Of a DNA stretch of 64,000 nt, positions 13,898 through 28,600 are shown piece after piece. Every line of letters starts with the position of its first letter. Position 1 is the stretch's first letter. Location of the stretch: contig OZ024742.1 in assembly GCA_964016885.1 (NCBI GenBank), positions 193,750,001-193,814,000 of the forward strand. Direction: 5' to 3'. A program made the position numbers and the translations under genes. The stretch comes from Eledone cirrhosa (lineage: Eukaryota). The notes under the pieces were generated by a model. It was not told where the DNA came from. It saw only the letters and a list, made by a program, of their open reading frames with translations, and made no database searches.

Positions 13898-13930
13898 TAC
13901 ATGAATCAAAGCTCGGTTCAAACCATTTAT

Positions 13931-13979
13931 TCGCTTACAATTGTTTCTTCCAAACCGAGGTTTGGTGTCTTCGGAGCAA
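13931..13979 (-). ncRNA. Type-I hammerhead ribozyme, C4 variant
   Basis: ttgct-CCGAAGA-caccaaac-ctcg-gtttggaa-GAAAC-aatt-GTA-agcga. Confidence 0.8.
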
Positions 13980-14707
13980 TTTTTCAATTATTTTTTACGT
14001 ACATGACCTCCTTTCCAACACAAGAGACATATATATATCGATGCACAGTGGGTTGACATCCATTATAATATTTTAGCATGGCAATTTACATTCAAAGATT
14101 AAAGTCATATTAAAAGAAAACAAAATTAAAGTTAAAATACAACATTGGCAGTTTACGAAGATAATGCAAGAGGATAGTTAGAAGTAGTTAGTGTATGCAA
14201 TAGTTGCACGTGTGGTATGCACGTGTGTCTTATTTATATAAGATTATAGTGCAGCAGGGTGTTATATGTAATACAAGCACTTTAAGCGGGCAATCAAGAG
14301 TATTATGGGGGTTGTAGTGGTAAAGTATTTTTTATGTATGATATAGAAGCTTGTGTGCAGAGAAATATTAAAAATATTAAAAATGAGAAGCAAAACAATG
14401 TTATGGTTTTCGTATACACCACCATTTTCACAATCCAGGAAACTTAATATATAGATTATATGTCCTTCACATAATAAACGATGATTCAATATTGGATACT
14501 TGATGAATTAGGTTAGAATATTAGAGCTTGTTGTTCTTTAATCCAATTTTATAGAGCAGGTTGTTTTTGTTGGGAGAATTAACATCGTATTATTTTCCAC
14601 CGGAAAATAATACGATGTTAATTAGTAGTCTTTCACTATTTAGGGTTTAACATATATATATCTATAAAAGGTTTTAGTATATACATAACCATAAATAGTA
14701 TCCTTAA

Positions 14708-14787
<80 letters not shown>

Positions 14788-14966
14788 CGAGGGAAAAGTG
14801 GTAAGGAACCAGGTGGACCATAACGCACCAAAGTACTCAATACTTAGGGTAGTAGAGTGGGTAATAGGAGTAAGTAAGACCCCGACGGCTGAGCTCAAGC
14901 CGTTTCGACGTACAGAATTAGCCGTCGAAACGGCTTGAGCTCAGCCGTCGGGGTCTTACTTACTCC

Positions 14967-16143
<1,177 letters not shown>

Positions 16144-16144
16144 A

Positions 16145-17720
16145 TTCGTTTCTGAATTTGTTTAGCAAGATTATTTATCTGAAAACGTGTGTTGGAGCCG
16201 ATATTGTTATACTTTGGGAGAGTCCTGTTGCCAATAACAAACACACGCACCAGTTGTTTCACTTCAATTTATTATAAATTAAATTTATAAATTTAGGAAT
16301 TTATAAATTTATAAATTTCCGGTTGGTTGGTTGGTTCCACAACCAGATGATTGTTCATATATTGTCAAAGTTCTTTCGTAACACATTATGTGACCTCTTC
16401 AGTGACTGGGGATTCTTTTCTTTTGTTTGTTTTTGTGCATCTCCTTTGTTCTGTCCTATGCCATCTTGTTGTTGTAAAAGGAAAAGTCAGTGATGCATCA
16501 ATTTATTGTGTGTTACAGTTGTTTCGCCGGCAGACAGCTCGAGACACAATCATTGTATGGATCTGTCTGATTCTGGACCTGCATGTTCGTCGGACACTTG
16601 CAATAATTTCGAATCAAATTTTCTCACTGAGGTGTTAACGTCAAAAAACATATTCCTCGCTCGTCCTGCTTTTGGCTGTTGTGTTTCTACGTCATCATAA
16701 ATTCTGGCCAATAGTTGTGTCAAACTTGCCATCCCTCCGCCTGACATACTTTAATGAATCCATGCTGGATTTGGTATTTCACAAGTCCACTCTCGCACTC
16801 ACATACACACTACACACACACACATGGAATGGATGCATAAGTGGAATATACCAACGGCTTGTGTTGTAGGCATGTATATAGCAACGGCAGGGAAAGTTAA
16901 ATTAACTGCCGCATTAATCTTAAATCCAGCATCAAGTCCAACATCGAAGCTGCAAATTAAACATCAAGAATCGAAAATTAAAAATTAAATATAAAAAGTT
17001 AAAATTCAAATTCAAAACCACATATAAGGTTGAAAACAAAATCAGACTTATATTGAGTCAGCGTACCCAAGTTGGTGGGACGGTGTTATCCAAGGTACGT
17101 TACGAGGTAGGTATCGTTGGATCTGCTGTTAATTTCAGCTTGTTCCGCCTTGCATTCATTGGTAAGCTGCGGCATGTCGGGGTCCACTGCATACGCCCAC
17201 CTGGCAATGTCGTACCGGTAGTGCCTTGGATAGACCCATACGGTATCTCTAAAGCGGAGAGCGTGCATTTACGCTGGTGTCTGCAGGCGATGATGATTAC
17301 AGATTTGAGGTTGACTGCGTCACCCTTTAGTTTTACTATCTCCATAGCTTCGGACAGGCACAACATGCACCTCATCTCGCTAGCTGAGTACGCATTCGCG
17401 TGCAGGATAATACTCCAGCTGAGGTCAAACGCCCCGCCACTGTCTTTGAGTCCCCATATTAGGTCCGCCAGTCTGGTGGAGTGTCTCTTGCTCCTATCAT
17501 TGAACGAGTTCTTGTTGTACATCCTCGATTTAAAAGTCGTGGATGTTGCCCCGATGTAGGTGTGCCTATCATTGTGCGTGGTAACCACACATCTGTAGAC
17601 AACGCCCTTTGTCAGGCACATTCCCTGCAGAAGGCACTGCTCACCTACACTGCAGTTACATGTCCGTGCATTAATTTTGTCATTCCCTTTATGTAGGCCT
17701 GACGTCTTATTGGGGTCCAG
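16145..17720 (-). mobile_element. 5'-truncated Naiad-like PLE: GIY-YIG ORF end plus 3' pLTR with two HHRs
   Basis: CLTKGVVYRC..YIGATSTTFKSR..CMLCLSE..CRH; HHRs at 16510-16597 (gtgt-CCGACGA..GAAAC-aact-GTA-acac) and 16364-16406 (gtca-CTGAAGA..GAAAG-aa-CTT-tgac). Confidence 0.88.
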
Positions 17721-17742
17721 TGATATATATATATATATGTGT

Positions 17743-17789
<47 letters not shown>

Positions 17790-17794
<5 letters not shown>

Positions 17795-18395
17795 CAAGTG
17801 GAAGCTTAGTAAAATCGAAGCTTTAGCAGTGGCCAAGGTAACGACCTTCAATTAGGAATGACCAGCAAAGCACTCAATAAGGTTACAGGCCTTAGAGTAA
17901 TGACAGACGTTTAGACTGCTTGACAAATTGAAAATTGCTTTAGGTAAACCTAGCCACACAATACGCAAAACATCAACAAAAACTAATCAGGTTATGCAGC
18001 TGACCTGGACAAATCGAACGATATTTTGCAATACGTCCGATAGGTTTCTATGAAACCCGAAATCATCCATCCAACTTACGTAATATGTAAACTTTTGGTA
18101 TTCTATGATCGAACGGTGGATCACGTCATCAACAGGAATTTCGTTCTGTGGCTCAAGTCGGTGTGGAATGCAACGCCAAACTGCTACCGTTGGCAGTCCT
18201 CAGTGTTTCACTCTCACGTGTTATTTCCAACAAGGGAAGTAAATCCCGGTTTTTGGCGGGCGGATTCAAAATGTGAACAATGGAAATCAATTCCGTTCCA
18301 CATTTGAATGAAAAGATCGCGACTAGACATTATTAAACAAACATAAATAATTAATTAATCAATGGAATTTTCTAATTAAATTAATCAATTAATTA
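17790..18395 (-). mobile_element. Monomer of the ~610 bp non-coding HHR family (see 39391-40858); HHR at 18004-18136
   Basis: Shares cccgccaaaaaccggg..cccttgttggaaataacacgtg; cctg-TTGATGA..GAAAC..GTC-cagg. Confidence 0.8.
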
Positions 18396-18402
18396 TAAAT
18401 AA

Positions 18403-18573
<171 letters not shown>

Positions 18574-18574
18574 A

Positions 18575-21437
18575 TAAGTTTATGAAACGGAAATGTGGGT
18601 ATAAAGAATTTATTAGGTAACAATTGTTTCTATAGTGTATGGGTTACCTATACCTCGCTATTTGAATAATATAAAAATATTATCATAAACCGAAGGTAGA
18701 CTGCAAGCAAACACACCATGTCGTCAGACCTTTGTATTGGTATGATATGAAAATATTTTATACACTAGATAAAAGAGAAAGAAGGAGGTAGGAAGAGGGA
18801 AGTGAGTAAGGGGGAGGGAGTCCTAGGATTTAAGACTGTCAGACTAGTAGAGATTGTAAGGAGAGAATGTTTTGGCAGCAGTTAGCTTAATGAGGCGTGT
18901 TAGGGTTGGCGGGGGAGGTAAATTCTTCTAGTGGTGTTGTTCGGACAAAATTTAGTTAAAGGGGTCAAAGTGGTACAGAGTTACAGACAAGATATTGGGG
19001 CTATTATAGTAGCAGGTTATTTCTAAAGGGGTCCAGAAAACAGTGTTTAGTACTATTATTATAGAAAGCCATATCTTGTGTATAAACATATAAAAACAGA
19101 AATTTGCAAACGGTGGTGTAAAAAGGTAACATTATATGCATTTAAAAATAGAAAAAGTCGTTTTCAAACGATGGTTACAGTATAGTGAACGTTGAATTTT
19201 GCTGTTCAAAAGTTTGTTTACCGGCGTTAATATGCAGTATATCTCCAAATTGCATAATTTACAGAATCGATGATTTTGCTATAAGCAGGCGCAGCTTCAA
19301 TAATTTTCCAATCAAGGGAGAATGCTTGATTGCTCCTCCGGAGCTGCCAGGCTTTATCGGCGAGGGTTGTTACGGAGCGCATTTTCTCGTGCCTGATCGA
19401 AGATCGATGTTGGTATAGCCGAGCTTTGAAAGAAGTTGCGGTACATCCGACGTAATACCATTTGTTGCTTCCGGAATTTATTGTACATCGGTAGACAATA
19501 TTGCGTGCTAGGCACTGGTTATTCAGTGGGCACGTACCTGGTTTGGTGCAGTTACAATTATTTTTATGTTTTGCAGTATTATCCTGGATAGTTTGGTGGG
19601 GTTGTAGTTGCGTGTTAGTGCGTTGTATGTTGCTATGCTGGTGCGCTGAGTCATTAGGGATGTACTTATTTAGTATTGCTGAGTTGAGTTGTTTATTTAG
19701 TTGTTCTATGTTTGGTGCAGTGGAGTATAAGAGTCTAATGGTGCGCGAGTTAAAGATTTTATAGTATTTATGTGAAGTTGTAAAGTGTTTATTGATTAGT
19801 GTATAGAATTGTGAGATAATCTTAGTGCTAATAGAAGTATTGTACACGGGATTATACCATATGTACTCTCTACCTCTGACTCTATTTGCTGGTTTGCACC
19901 TATTAGTATGCCTATTGATGTGTGTGTGTGGTGCAATACCAGTTCGACTTAGATGTGTTTTATTCATAGTACTTATGTGGTTATCGTCTAGATATTCTAT
20001 TTTCTCGCAGTAACCAGATTTTCTAAGTGCGTCATTATAATATTCAGCATGCTCGTTGAAGGTCTGCAAATTAGACGACAGTCGGGAGATCCTTATGGAT
20101 ATATTTTTAGGGATAGATTTAATAATGGAATGGGGATGGTTCGATTTTACATTAACGTACTTGAGATTTTCATTAAGTTTGTGAAATGGCTCTATATTAC
20201 CGTTATTAAGGTTGAAGGCGACATCCAAGAATTTGACCACCTTAAGATTGTGTTCGAAGGTAATATTAAGCCCTAGTTCTAAGAAAAGTTTCCTAATGTT
20301 TTTACGTCGACTTTCTAGGTTTTGTTTGTTCATATTCTTGACTAATAGAAGTGTATCGTCGCGGTATATTCCGCCGTGGAGGTCCGTAAATTCGCTCTGG
20401 AGTCTGTGGGCTATATAGATCCCAACCAGATCCGTGACCTCCGCTGAATCATTAGAACCCATCGTAATGTCGAATTCCGAGGTCTATCTCCGCGGACCCA
20501 ATAACTATTTTCAAAATGCACTACTGTGCGTCTAGCTTCAAGTATAATATTAATTTCCTCGTTTGTGAGGTCCGAGTTAGTCTTAGCGAAAGAGAGGGCC
20601 TTATGCAGGGTCTCGGGTGAAATAGAGGAATAGTATTCATCTATATCGAATTGAATAAAAGAAGATTTGTTTTTGTCCCTAATGTTATTGAACCATCTTA
20701 TTGCCTGTTGAGTATTACCCCATAATTTAATATCTTCCTTAGCCTTAACTTGGGAGATAATACGATTTAATATGTACTTACTGATTCTACCTATATCGGA
20801 CTTTGAAGGACATATTAATCTAATTTTAGGGTTAGTATCGAAGTTATCCTTATGGTCCTTCAGATTAAAAGTCGGTGTAGCTGGAGATGGGGTTTGAAAA
20901 CGACTTTTTCTTTTTTTAAATGCATATAATGTTACCTTTTTACACCACCGTTTGCAAATTTCTGTTTTATATGTTTATACACAAGATATGGCTTTCTATA
21001 ATAATAGTACTAAACACTGTTTTCTGGACCCCTTTAGAAATAACCTGCTACTATAATAGCCCCAATAACTTGTCTGTAACTCTGTACCACTTTGACCCCT
21101 TTAACTAAATTTTGTCCGAACAACACCACTAGAAGAATGTACTCCCCCGCCAACCCTAACACGCCACATTAAGCTAACTGCTGCCAAAACATTCTCTCCT
21201 TACAATCTCTACTCGTCTGACAGTCTTAAATCCTAGGACTCCCTCCCCATTACTCACTTCCCTCTTCCCCGTCTCTTCCTACCTCCTTCTTTCTCTTTTA
21301 TCTAGTGTATAAAATATTTTCATATCATACCAATACAAAGGTCTGACGACATGGTGTGTTTGCTTGCAGCCTACCTTCGGTTTATGAAATATTTTTATAT
21401 TATTCAAATAGCGAGGTATAGGTAACCCATACACTAT
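18575..21437 (-). mobile_element. Naiad-like PLE (RT plus GIY-YIG, ORF 19227-20462 with upstream frameshifted part) bracketed by ~540 bp inverted pLTRs
   Basis: MGSNDSAE, IYRDD, FLDV, WYNP, CNC..CPLNNQC, YYVG; 18627-19168 is the reverse complement of 20893-21437; HHR at 18615-18731. Confidence 0.93.
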
Positions 21438-24400
21438 ATTGTCTGCCACAAACTGCCACATTTGTCTGCCACAAAAAACAAAAAAGGAAAAAAACCTTTG
21501 CTTCACCCTCCAAAAGCGAAAGAAGACAAAGAGGGCTAAAGGCTGCAAGGAGACTTGTAACAACACCACCACCATCACCATAACCACCAACAATAACCAC
21601 ACCACCACCACCAGCATCACCAAAAACACCAACATCGCAATCACAACAAAACACACGCACCCAACAGCAAACACAAGAAAACAGCAACAAAATCACCCCT
21701 CCCCACAAAAAGTACACAGCCATAAACATGGCAAATAAAGAACTCCGACAACACATAAACCAGCACACAGACATTACAAAAAAATCTACTACACCCCACC
21801 AACACCAATAACTCTCCCGACAAGCATAAACAACATTGAAATAAAAAAAGAACATTACAAACTTTTAAAACAAACATTCCCCAACGCAATTGGAGACTTC
21901 AGATGGTCGGTTACCAAGAGGATACACACCGACAATCCTCTTGTAAACACCCATGACCAGCCAACAGGTACGGTTCTACTGTCCCTTCACCACACAATCA
22001 ACGTATGTGATCTTTCTCACTTACAAGGTAAATGATCCTTTCTCATCCAACATGGCCGTACTTAGAATAGGCAGTATATATGTACGTGGCCTGGGGTCAC
22101 CTTGGAAGCAGGGTCACCTGTTCAACGACCTCAGGCCACTAAATATAAATATGGTGGCCATCAGTGAGACCAGAATCTCCGAAGCACGAGCTTTCGCACC
22201 GATATTCGGCGGCTTACGATGTATACAAATCTCCCAGCCGTCCAGGATTGGGGGGAGGAGTTGCCGTGCTTTTTAGGAAAGGCTTCGATCGGGCCATACG
22301 GGCTATCTTCCTGGACCCAGAAAGTAAGTCAGTGGTGCGGGACGTGACCGGCAGCGAAGGCAATGCATCAGGCTAGTAGCAGTCTACGCCCCAACAGAGG
22401 CAGGACGGCCAGATTTCTTCAGACGTTTAGAGACCTTCCTTGGAACTTCCCGCTCTTTAGTGTTATTGGGTGACTGGAACGGTATATTAGATGCACGCTG
22501 GGAATATATGGGGCTAGTAGACAGAGCAGGAGGGCGTAAAAGCCTCAACAACCTGATCAGACGTTTTGAATTATCTGACAGGTATAGACTGGCTTATTCG
22601 AATGTGCCAATGTGGTCATGGGCAAACCGCATCATGTCATCCAGATCGTACTTAGATAGGGTATTCTGTAGGGAAACAGATAAGGCTAGTGTAGGTTGTC
22701 CACAATTTAAAGTAGTCGACTACACGGACCACAAATTTGTGATCTGTGAAGTTGACTTAGATAGACCCCAGAGGCAAGGACCCGGCTACTGGTAGCTGAA
22801 CGAGTCATTCCCGTCGCACAAAGCTTACAGAGACCGGATTAGCCAATTAGTTGCGGGTGCGTTGACGGGTAGTGGTTTCCCGTGAAAAGGGCTACTAGAG
22901 TAGAATCGATAAAGTTTAGCAAAGGAGAAGTGATAGAGGAAAATAGAGTAGAGGGAGAGTTAGTTAGAAAGCCAGAAGAGGCGTTTAGGACAGGCATCGC
23001 AACCGACGAGCTTGCGGCGAGATTGGCACTCGACCAATTCTTCAACACAAAGCATTAAGGCTGCGTTGTCAGAGTAGAGCGCGTGCTCTAAGACACGAGG
23101 ATACGAAACCCGTTCAATGGGCCCGGGTCATGGAGGCGCGACGTGGCAACAAGTCCACAATTCGGTCTTTGCCTAATCAAAACTGGAGCATGTTGCTCGA
23201 ACCCGCCTTTTCAACAGCACTTTGTTCAATTGTTCGGGAGCGGCGGCGGGCCGGATCGGTGTATAGACTTCGGTGCATACCTCGACGGACTGCCGCGGCT
23301 CTCGACGACTGCAGCGCAGGGCTGCGAAAACCGATAACAGCAGCTGAAATACGGGAAGCGATGTCTGATTGCACGAGGGTTAAATCGCCAGGTTTCGATG
23401 GTCTGCCCTACGAGCTTTATGCGTATATGCTATACTTGTTCGGCGACCTCTTGGCAGATGTCTACTGCAACTGGCAACAGAACGGGAGCATTCGCAGTTT
23501 TGTGCACCGGGGAACGGTGGCGCTGCTGTGAAAAGATCCGAACAAGGAGAACGTATAGACAACCCCAGGCCCATATCTCTGCTAAACGCAGATTTTAAGA
23601 TTTTGGCCAAGGTGTTAGCAAAGTGATTGGCGCTTGTCGTCGGTGATCTGGTAGGAGAGGCGCGGACATGGGCTATTGCGGACAGATCCATCCACGATAA
23701 CCTCCATCTCATGCGATACATCATAGAGAGGGTGGTTAAAAGCCTGGGACGGGTGGAGCCTTGATCAACTTGGATCAATGTAAATCATTTGATAGGTTCG
23801 ACCATCGGTATCTGGCTGCGGTATTTGAGGAGGCCGGCTTCAAGCCCGCTTTTAATGACTGGATCGCTGCGATGCACATCGACATCTGCTCGATTGTGAG
23901 GGTGAATGGTCACCTGTCACAGCCTTTCGGCATCATGCGCTTGGTCCGCCAGGTTGCCCCCTCCCCTCTCGTCCCTGTTGTACGTACTGGCCTTGGAGCC
24001 GTTACTGCACAAATTGAAGACGATGAGAGGGTCCCACGCGAACCTGGATGTGGGAGATCCGTTTCAGCTTACGTCGACGATGTCACCGTGGTGGTGTCGA
24101 GCACCAAACATGTCCAGAGGTTCGGCACCGCTCTTAAAGAATACGTATCGGTGACAGGAGCAAATATAAACCAGGAAACGTCGGTGGGATTGAAACTCGG
24201 CACCTGGAGAGGTAAGTCCATGCTATCCGACAGCGTCGTGGGGCGATGGACGGAATGGCCGGTTATATTGCCCTGGATCAGGAAAAGACCGAAGGATTGC
24301 GCTTGGAAGCTGGAATGTCTCCAAGCGCTTACCGCCCTCTACCAGCTGGGCAATAGTATCGGTGGAACATCCAACTCGGAGTTCTATAGAGGGCTAATGG

Positions 24401-25237
24401 AGGGAAACGCATCGACGTTCTCGGGGAGACCCTGGGCGTCGAAGACGATCAGCTGTTCGCTCTCTTCAAGAGGACTTTCAGACCGCAGCCTACGGACAAC
24501 TTCCAGAAATACCTGGTCTGGTAGTGCTACCGGGAGCCTTGCCGGTTCGGGATAAACTCTACAGGCACGGAGGTACTGTCAGCCGAGCTTGTCCAAGATA
24601 CACTCAGGGCGACGAAACTATCCTGCACGCACTCGTTCAGTGCCGGAGTATTGCTGACTTGTGGAGCTATGTCGAACAGCTGCTGTTGCGTGTAGGATAT
24701 ATCCGGTTATCGACTCAGTCGATTGTGCAGATAGCCCCACCATCCTCCTTTAAAGAGGAGGAAGGACAGGCAGTTTTCATCTGCCTGGTGGCGATGGCGA
24801 AAGAGATTGTGTGGTGGACAAGAATGAAAGGGTTGAAGCCGAACACTTTCCTCTCCGGCCAATACATTATTAACTTTTTCAAGTTTCATTTGAAGAGGAA
24901 AATCAGGGTGGAGAGGCAAGTGCTGTCTTCTAGTAAGTTTGTTGAAAGGTGGGTGAATGTGACGCGTCTGGTCCGAGTGAACGGGCCCGCTCTGAGTATG
25001 AGCCAGGCTAAGGAGTGAGAAAACTGAGAGAGGGCGATTGACCCTCGGAGGTTTACCCCCTTTTTGGGGAATTTTTGTTGTTTGAATATTTTGGATTTCT
25101 AGCCCGATTTTGTTATAACCACTTTACACGACCACAACCCATTTTGTATCGTCCTGTACTGTTCTGCGCCGTCTCTAATGTTTTTCTTCATGTTAGCCCT
25201 TGTAGCCAATAAAGAAACCATTATTATTATTATTATT
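21438..25237 (+). mobile_element. Tx1/L1-clade LINE copy B (5'-truncated, frameshifted, internal deletion), (ATT)n tail
   Basis: GDWNG, SYLDR, TDHK; DQCKSFDRFDH, YVDD; CPR..ETILHALVQC; AATAAA then (ATT)n. Confidence 0.92.
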
Positions 25238-25239
25238 GT

Positions 25240-25640
25240 TTTTTGAGACTCAGTCATTGATGTTAGTTAACTGGAAAGTTTGTTGAAATGAATATCAAGC
25301 CACTACCTTCAGTCTCAGATATTCAGGACGTATCGGAGGGTTCTTGCTGTTCCCAGCAAGCATGCCTTTTGAAGCGTTCCAAAAAGCGTGGCAGGGCCAA
25401 TTTTCCTTAACCATCCCAGGAAACATTTTGAGATGGTACCACTGCGCCTATGACAATCGGGACCCATTTGACTTCATGGCAGTTCCAAATCCTTCTTACC
25501 TCCCACTTTAATCCTGGTATCGGTTAATTTTCTCCCTCTCCTTCTCTTGCACTCTCGTGTCGAATGGGCAGGCTACAACCACAATCAGGCACGATCTTTT
25601 TTCCTTGTCCAAAACAACCAGGTCAGGTCTATTGTGTTCC
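25240..25640 (-). mobile_element. R4/Dong-clade RLE C-terminal fragment flanked by (TAA)n
   Basis: Frameshifted translation HNRPDLVVLDK..ACPFDTRVQEKEREKINRYQD..EVRRIWNC..VPIVIGA..LQKACLLGTARTLRYVL; (ATT)n on both sides. Confidence 0.82.
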
Positions 25641-25667
25641 ATTATTATTATTATTATTATTATTATT

Positions 25668-28600
25668 GGTGACCTACGTAGTAAATCGTATCATCGTGAG
25701 CTCCGCAAAGGTTTGTTATTTTCAGTTGTTTAAAATTACCATTTATGGAAAATGTTTATTGTTAACTGTATATAAGCGCACATACATTGATTTCTGAAAG
25801 GGACACTCAAACATATTGGGGCCTTGAGCCCAAAATTTAAACTTTTTATAATTATCAAACAAAACAAATTTCTTTGAAAAATCATGGAAGACTCAGAGTC
25901 ACTAGTTCCTCACAAACTAACACGTCACACCGACACCACCATTGTAAATATTACTACGTTTGCCAGCACTAAACATATAAACAGTAGCAATATTTTAAAT
26001 TTGTCTCAGCCAGACATTCATTTCCCGCCATTACCAATGACTGCAGGTTTTAAAGCTGCCACCACCACCACCACCACAGCGACAACAAAACAAAATAGAA
26101 AAATAAATTAAATCGTGATATCGAAATGAATTCAACCATAATGAACTCTTCCACACCGAACACCACTGACGGCACCACCACCACAACTGAAACTAAAATT
26201 AACAATAACAAAAATAACGATAACAACAACAGCAACAAGGAAATTTAGAAAACTACCCTGAGTTTTGCCAGAGTAACAAAAACGTGCGAAGCGATCCAGG
26301 TAACTCAGGAGGAATTAGAAGAAACCAAAAGAATGGTAAAGAAAGATGGGTACAGGGTCAGCCTCACCTCCCCACCTAATAAAATGGAGCATCGTCGCCT
26401 ATGCACAGTGTCTTACCGGACAATTAACATAAAATCGCGCCGAGTGGAACGAGCATCCGTGGACAGGTGTGGACAAAAAAACACACATCAGACGTGGACA
26501 GAAATATGGAACCGTGGACGTGTTCTTTGAAACACCACAGGAGGCCAGAGAACACTCCATGGCCCCATTAAGAAGTGACGACTTCACACACGTCCCAAGC
26601 TATTGTGGCCAGAGACTTGTGAAGATCAGGGTGACCCACGTTCCATATGCCATCGAAATTACCCGGCTAATGGCTGCCGTCCTCGCCGGCATCGAGGCCA
26701 ACACCAAGATAATCGAAATAGCGAAATAAAAGAAGGAGAACAGGTCCGGATCTGGGATGGAGCTCCTGATCCAAGCGGACCATAAAAGCATTGAGGAGAT
26801 CCCTGAGGTAATAGATCTCACTGACCGCAGCCACCTCACCGTAATCTTCGAGGGCAGAAGGGCTAGGTTTGTCGTTTGTGGTGAAGGAACCCACCTAAGG
26901 GCTTTCTGCCCTCAGGCTAAAAGGTTGAGGACACCTCTCTTACCCACACCAGTGTCTCAACCATCAACACCACCAGCAGCAGAAATGGCAGCAACAATTG
27001 TAACAGCAACAACAGAAGAAACTGTAACAGCAACAACCCCAGCAACAATAGCAAAACCAACATCACCACCACCCAACGCGCCAGAACTGGCACTAGCGCC
27101 TACATAATCCACCACGCCACAACCAAAACCAACGCCCGTGGATGATTTTGCACTCCCCGGCTTATCGCAACTGGAGACAGATTGTGACGACTAGGAGTGG
27201 CAATCGGTATCAGGAAAAAAAAAAAGAAACCAAAAAAGAAAAAATTCTCTTCCTTCCCCCTCCAAAAACAAAATACAGAGGGGAACAAATAAATTATCAA
27301 ACTAAAAAGTTAGGACAGATATGCCACCATCCACACCAGCATCACCAACCCCATCACCACAAACACCAACACCATCACCATCATTAAACCCAACACCACC
27401 ATCACCAACAACACAAAAGTCACCAAAAGGCGTAACAGAAACAAAACCACAACAAACGCAATAAAACAAAACAACCAAAACGATACACACTACACAGCAT
27501 TTAAGGGGTCGATAAAATAAAGTACCAGTAATGCACTGGTTAATTGCTGGACTTGTGCCTAAAGTAGAAACAATTAAATTTGAACAACAAACAATGATTA
27601 CACTACATGCAACACAACACCAGCATCACAGAAAAAGACTACACAACAACCCAAAAGTTCACACCACCTCCGCACATACAAATCACTCGCATCACACAGA
27701 AAACGTACACGACACTGAAACAAAAATTCCCCAAAGACATCGGAGACTTCCGACAAACACTCTCCAGGAGGATTTATAAGGACATCGTTCCGGAGGAGGC
27801 CACAAGCAGTGAAAAGGATGGACACACCATCCCTCCTCTACGAGAAGTAAAGTAAGTGGTCTTTCCCATCTTTTCCACTCCATTTCAACATGACCTCACT
27901 CAGAATAGGCAGCATAAATACGCGTGGCTTGGGGTTGTCACGGAAGCAGGGCCACCTGCACAACGACCTCAGGTTACTAAACATAGATGTAGTGGCCATC
28001 AGCGAGACCAGAATCTCCGAAGCACGGGCCTTCGCACCGATCTTCGGCGGCTACGATGTGTACGCATCTCCCAGCCGTCCGGGATCGCGGTGAGGAGTTG
28101 CTGTGCTTTTTCGGAGAGGTTTGGAGACGTCATACGGGCCATCTTCCTGGACCCCGAAGGTAAGTTGGTGTTGCTAGACGTGACCAGCGGAGACGGGCAA
28201 GCTTTCAGGCTAGTGGCCGTCTATGCCCCGACAGGAGCAGGGCGGCTTGATTTCTTCCGGCATCTGGAGACCTTTCTTGGAACGTCCCGCTCTTTAGTGT
28301 TAGTGCCCGCTGGGACTGTGTGGGATTAGCGGAGAGGGGAGGAGGGTGCAAGAGCCTCACCAACCTGCTCAGGCGTTTTTAACTGTCTGACAGGTACCGA
28401 TTTCATTTCCCGAATGTGCCAATGTGGACTTGACAAATCGCATAGGGTCATCCAGATTATATCTAGATAGAGTATTTTGTAGGGAAATAGTTAGGTCTAG
28501 CATAGGTTGTCCACAATTCAAGATAGTCAGCTACACGGACCACAAATTCGTGATCTGTCTGCTTAAATTAGATAGGCTTCATAGACGAGGACCCACCTAC

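Noticed and set aside
13267-14056. [14 protein letters not shown] ORFs here and throughout the window
   Set aside because: Translations of dinucleotide microsatellites
19227-19560. Selenocysteine-type Naiad PLE (UGA at conserved Cys plus SECIS)
   Set aside because: Conserved Cys positions in the PLE copies I translated use normal Cys codons, stops fall elsewhere, and no SECIS was seen
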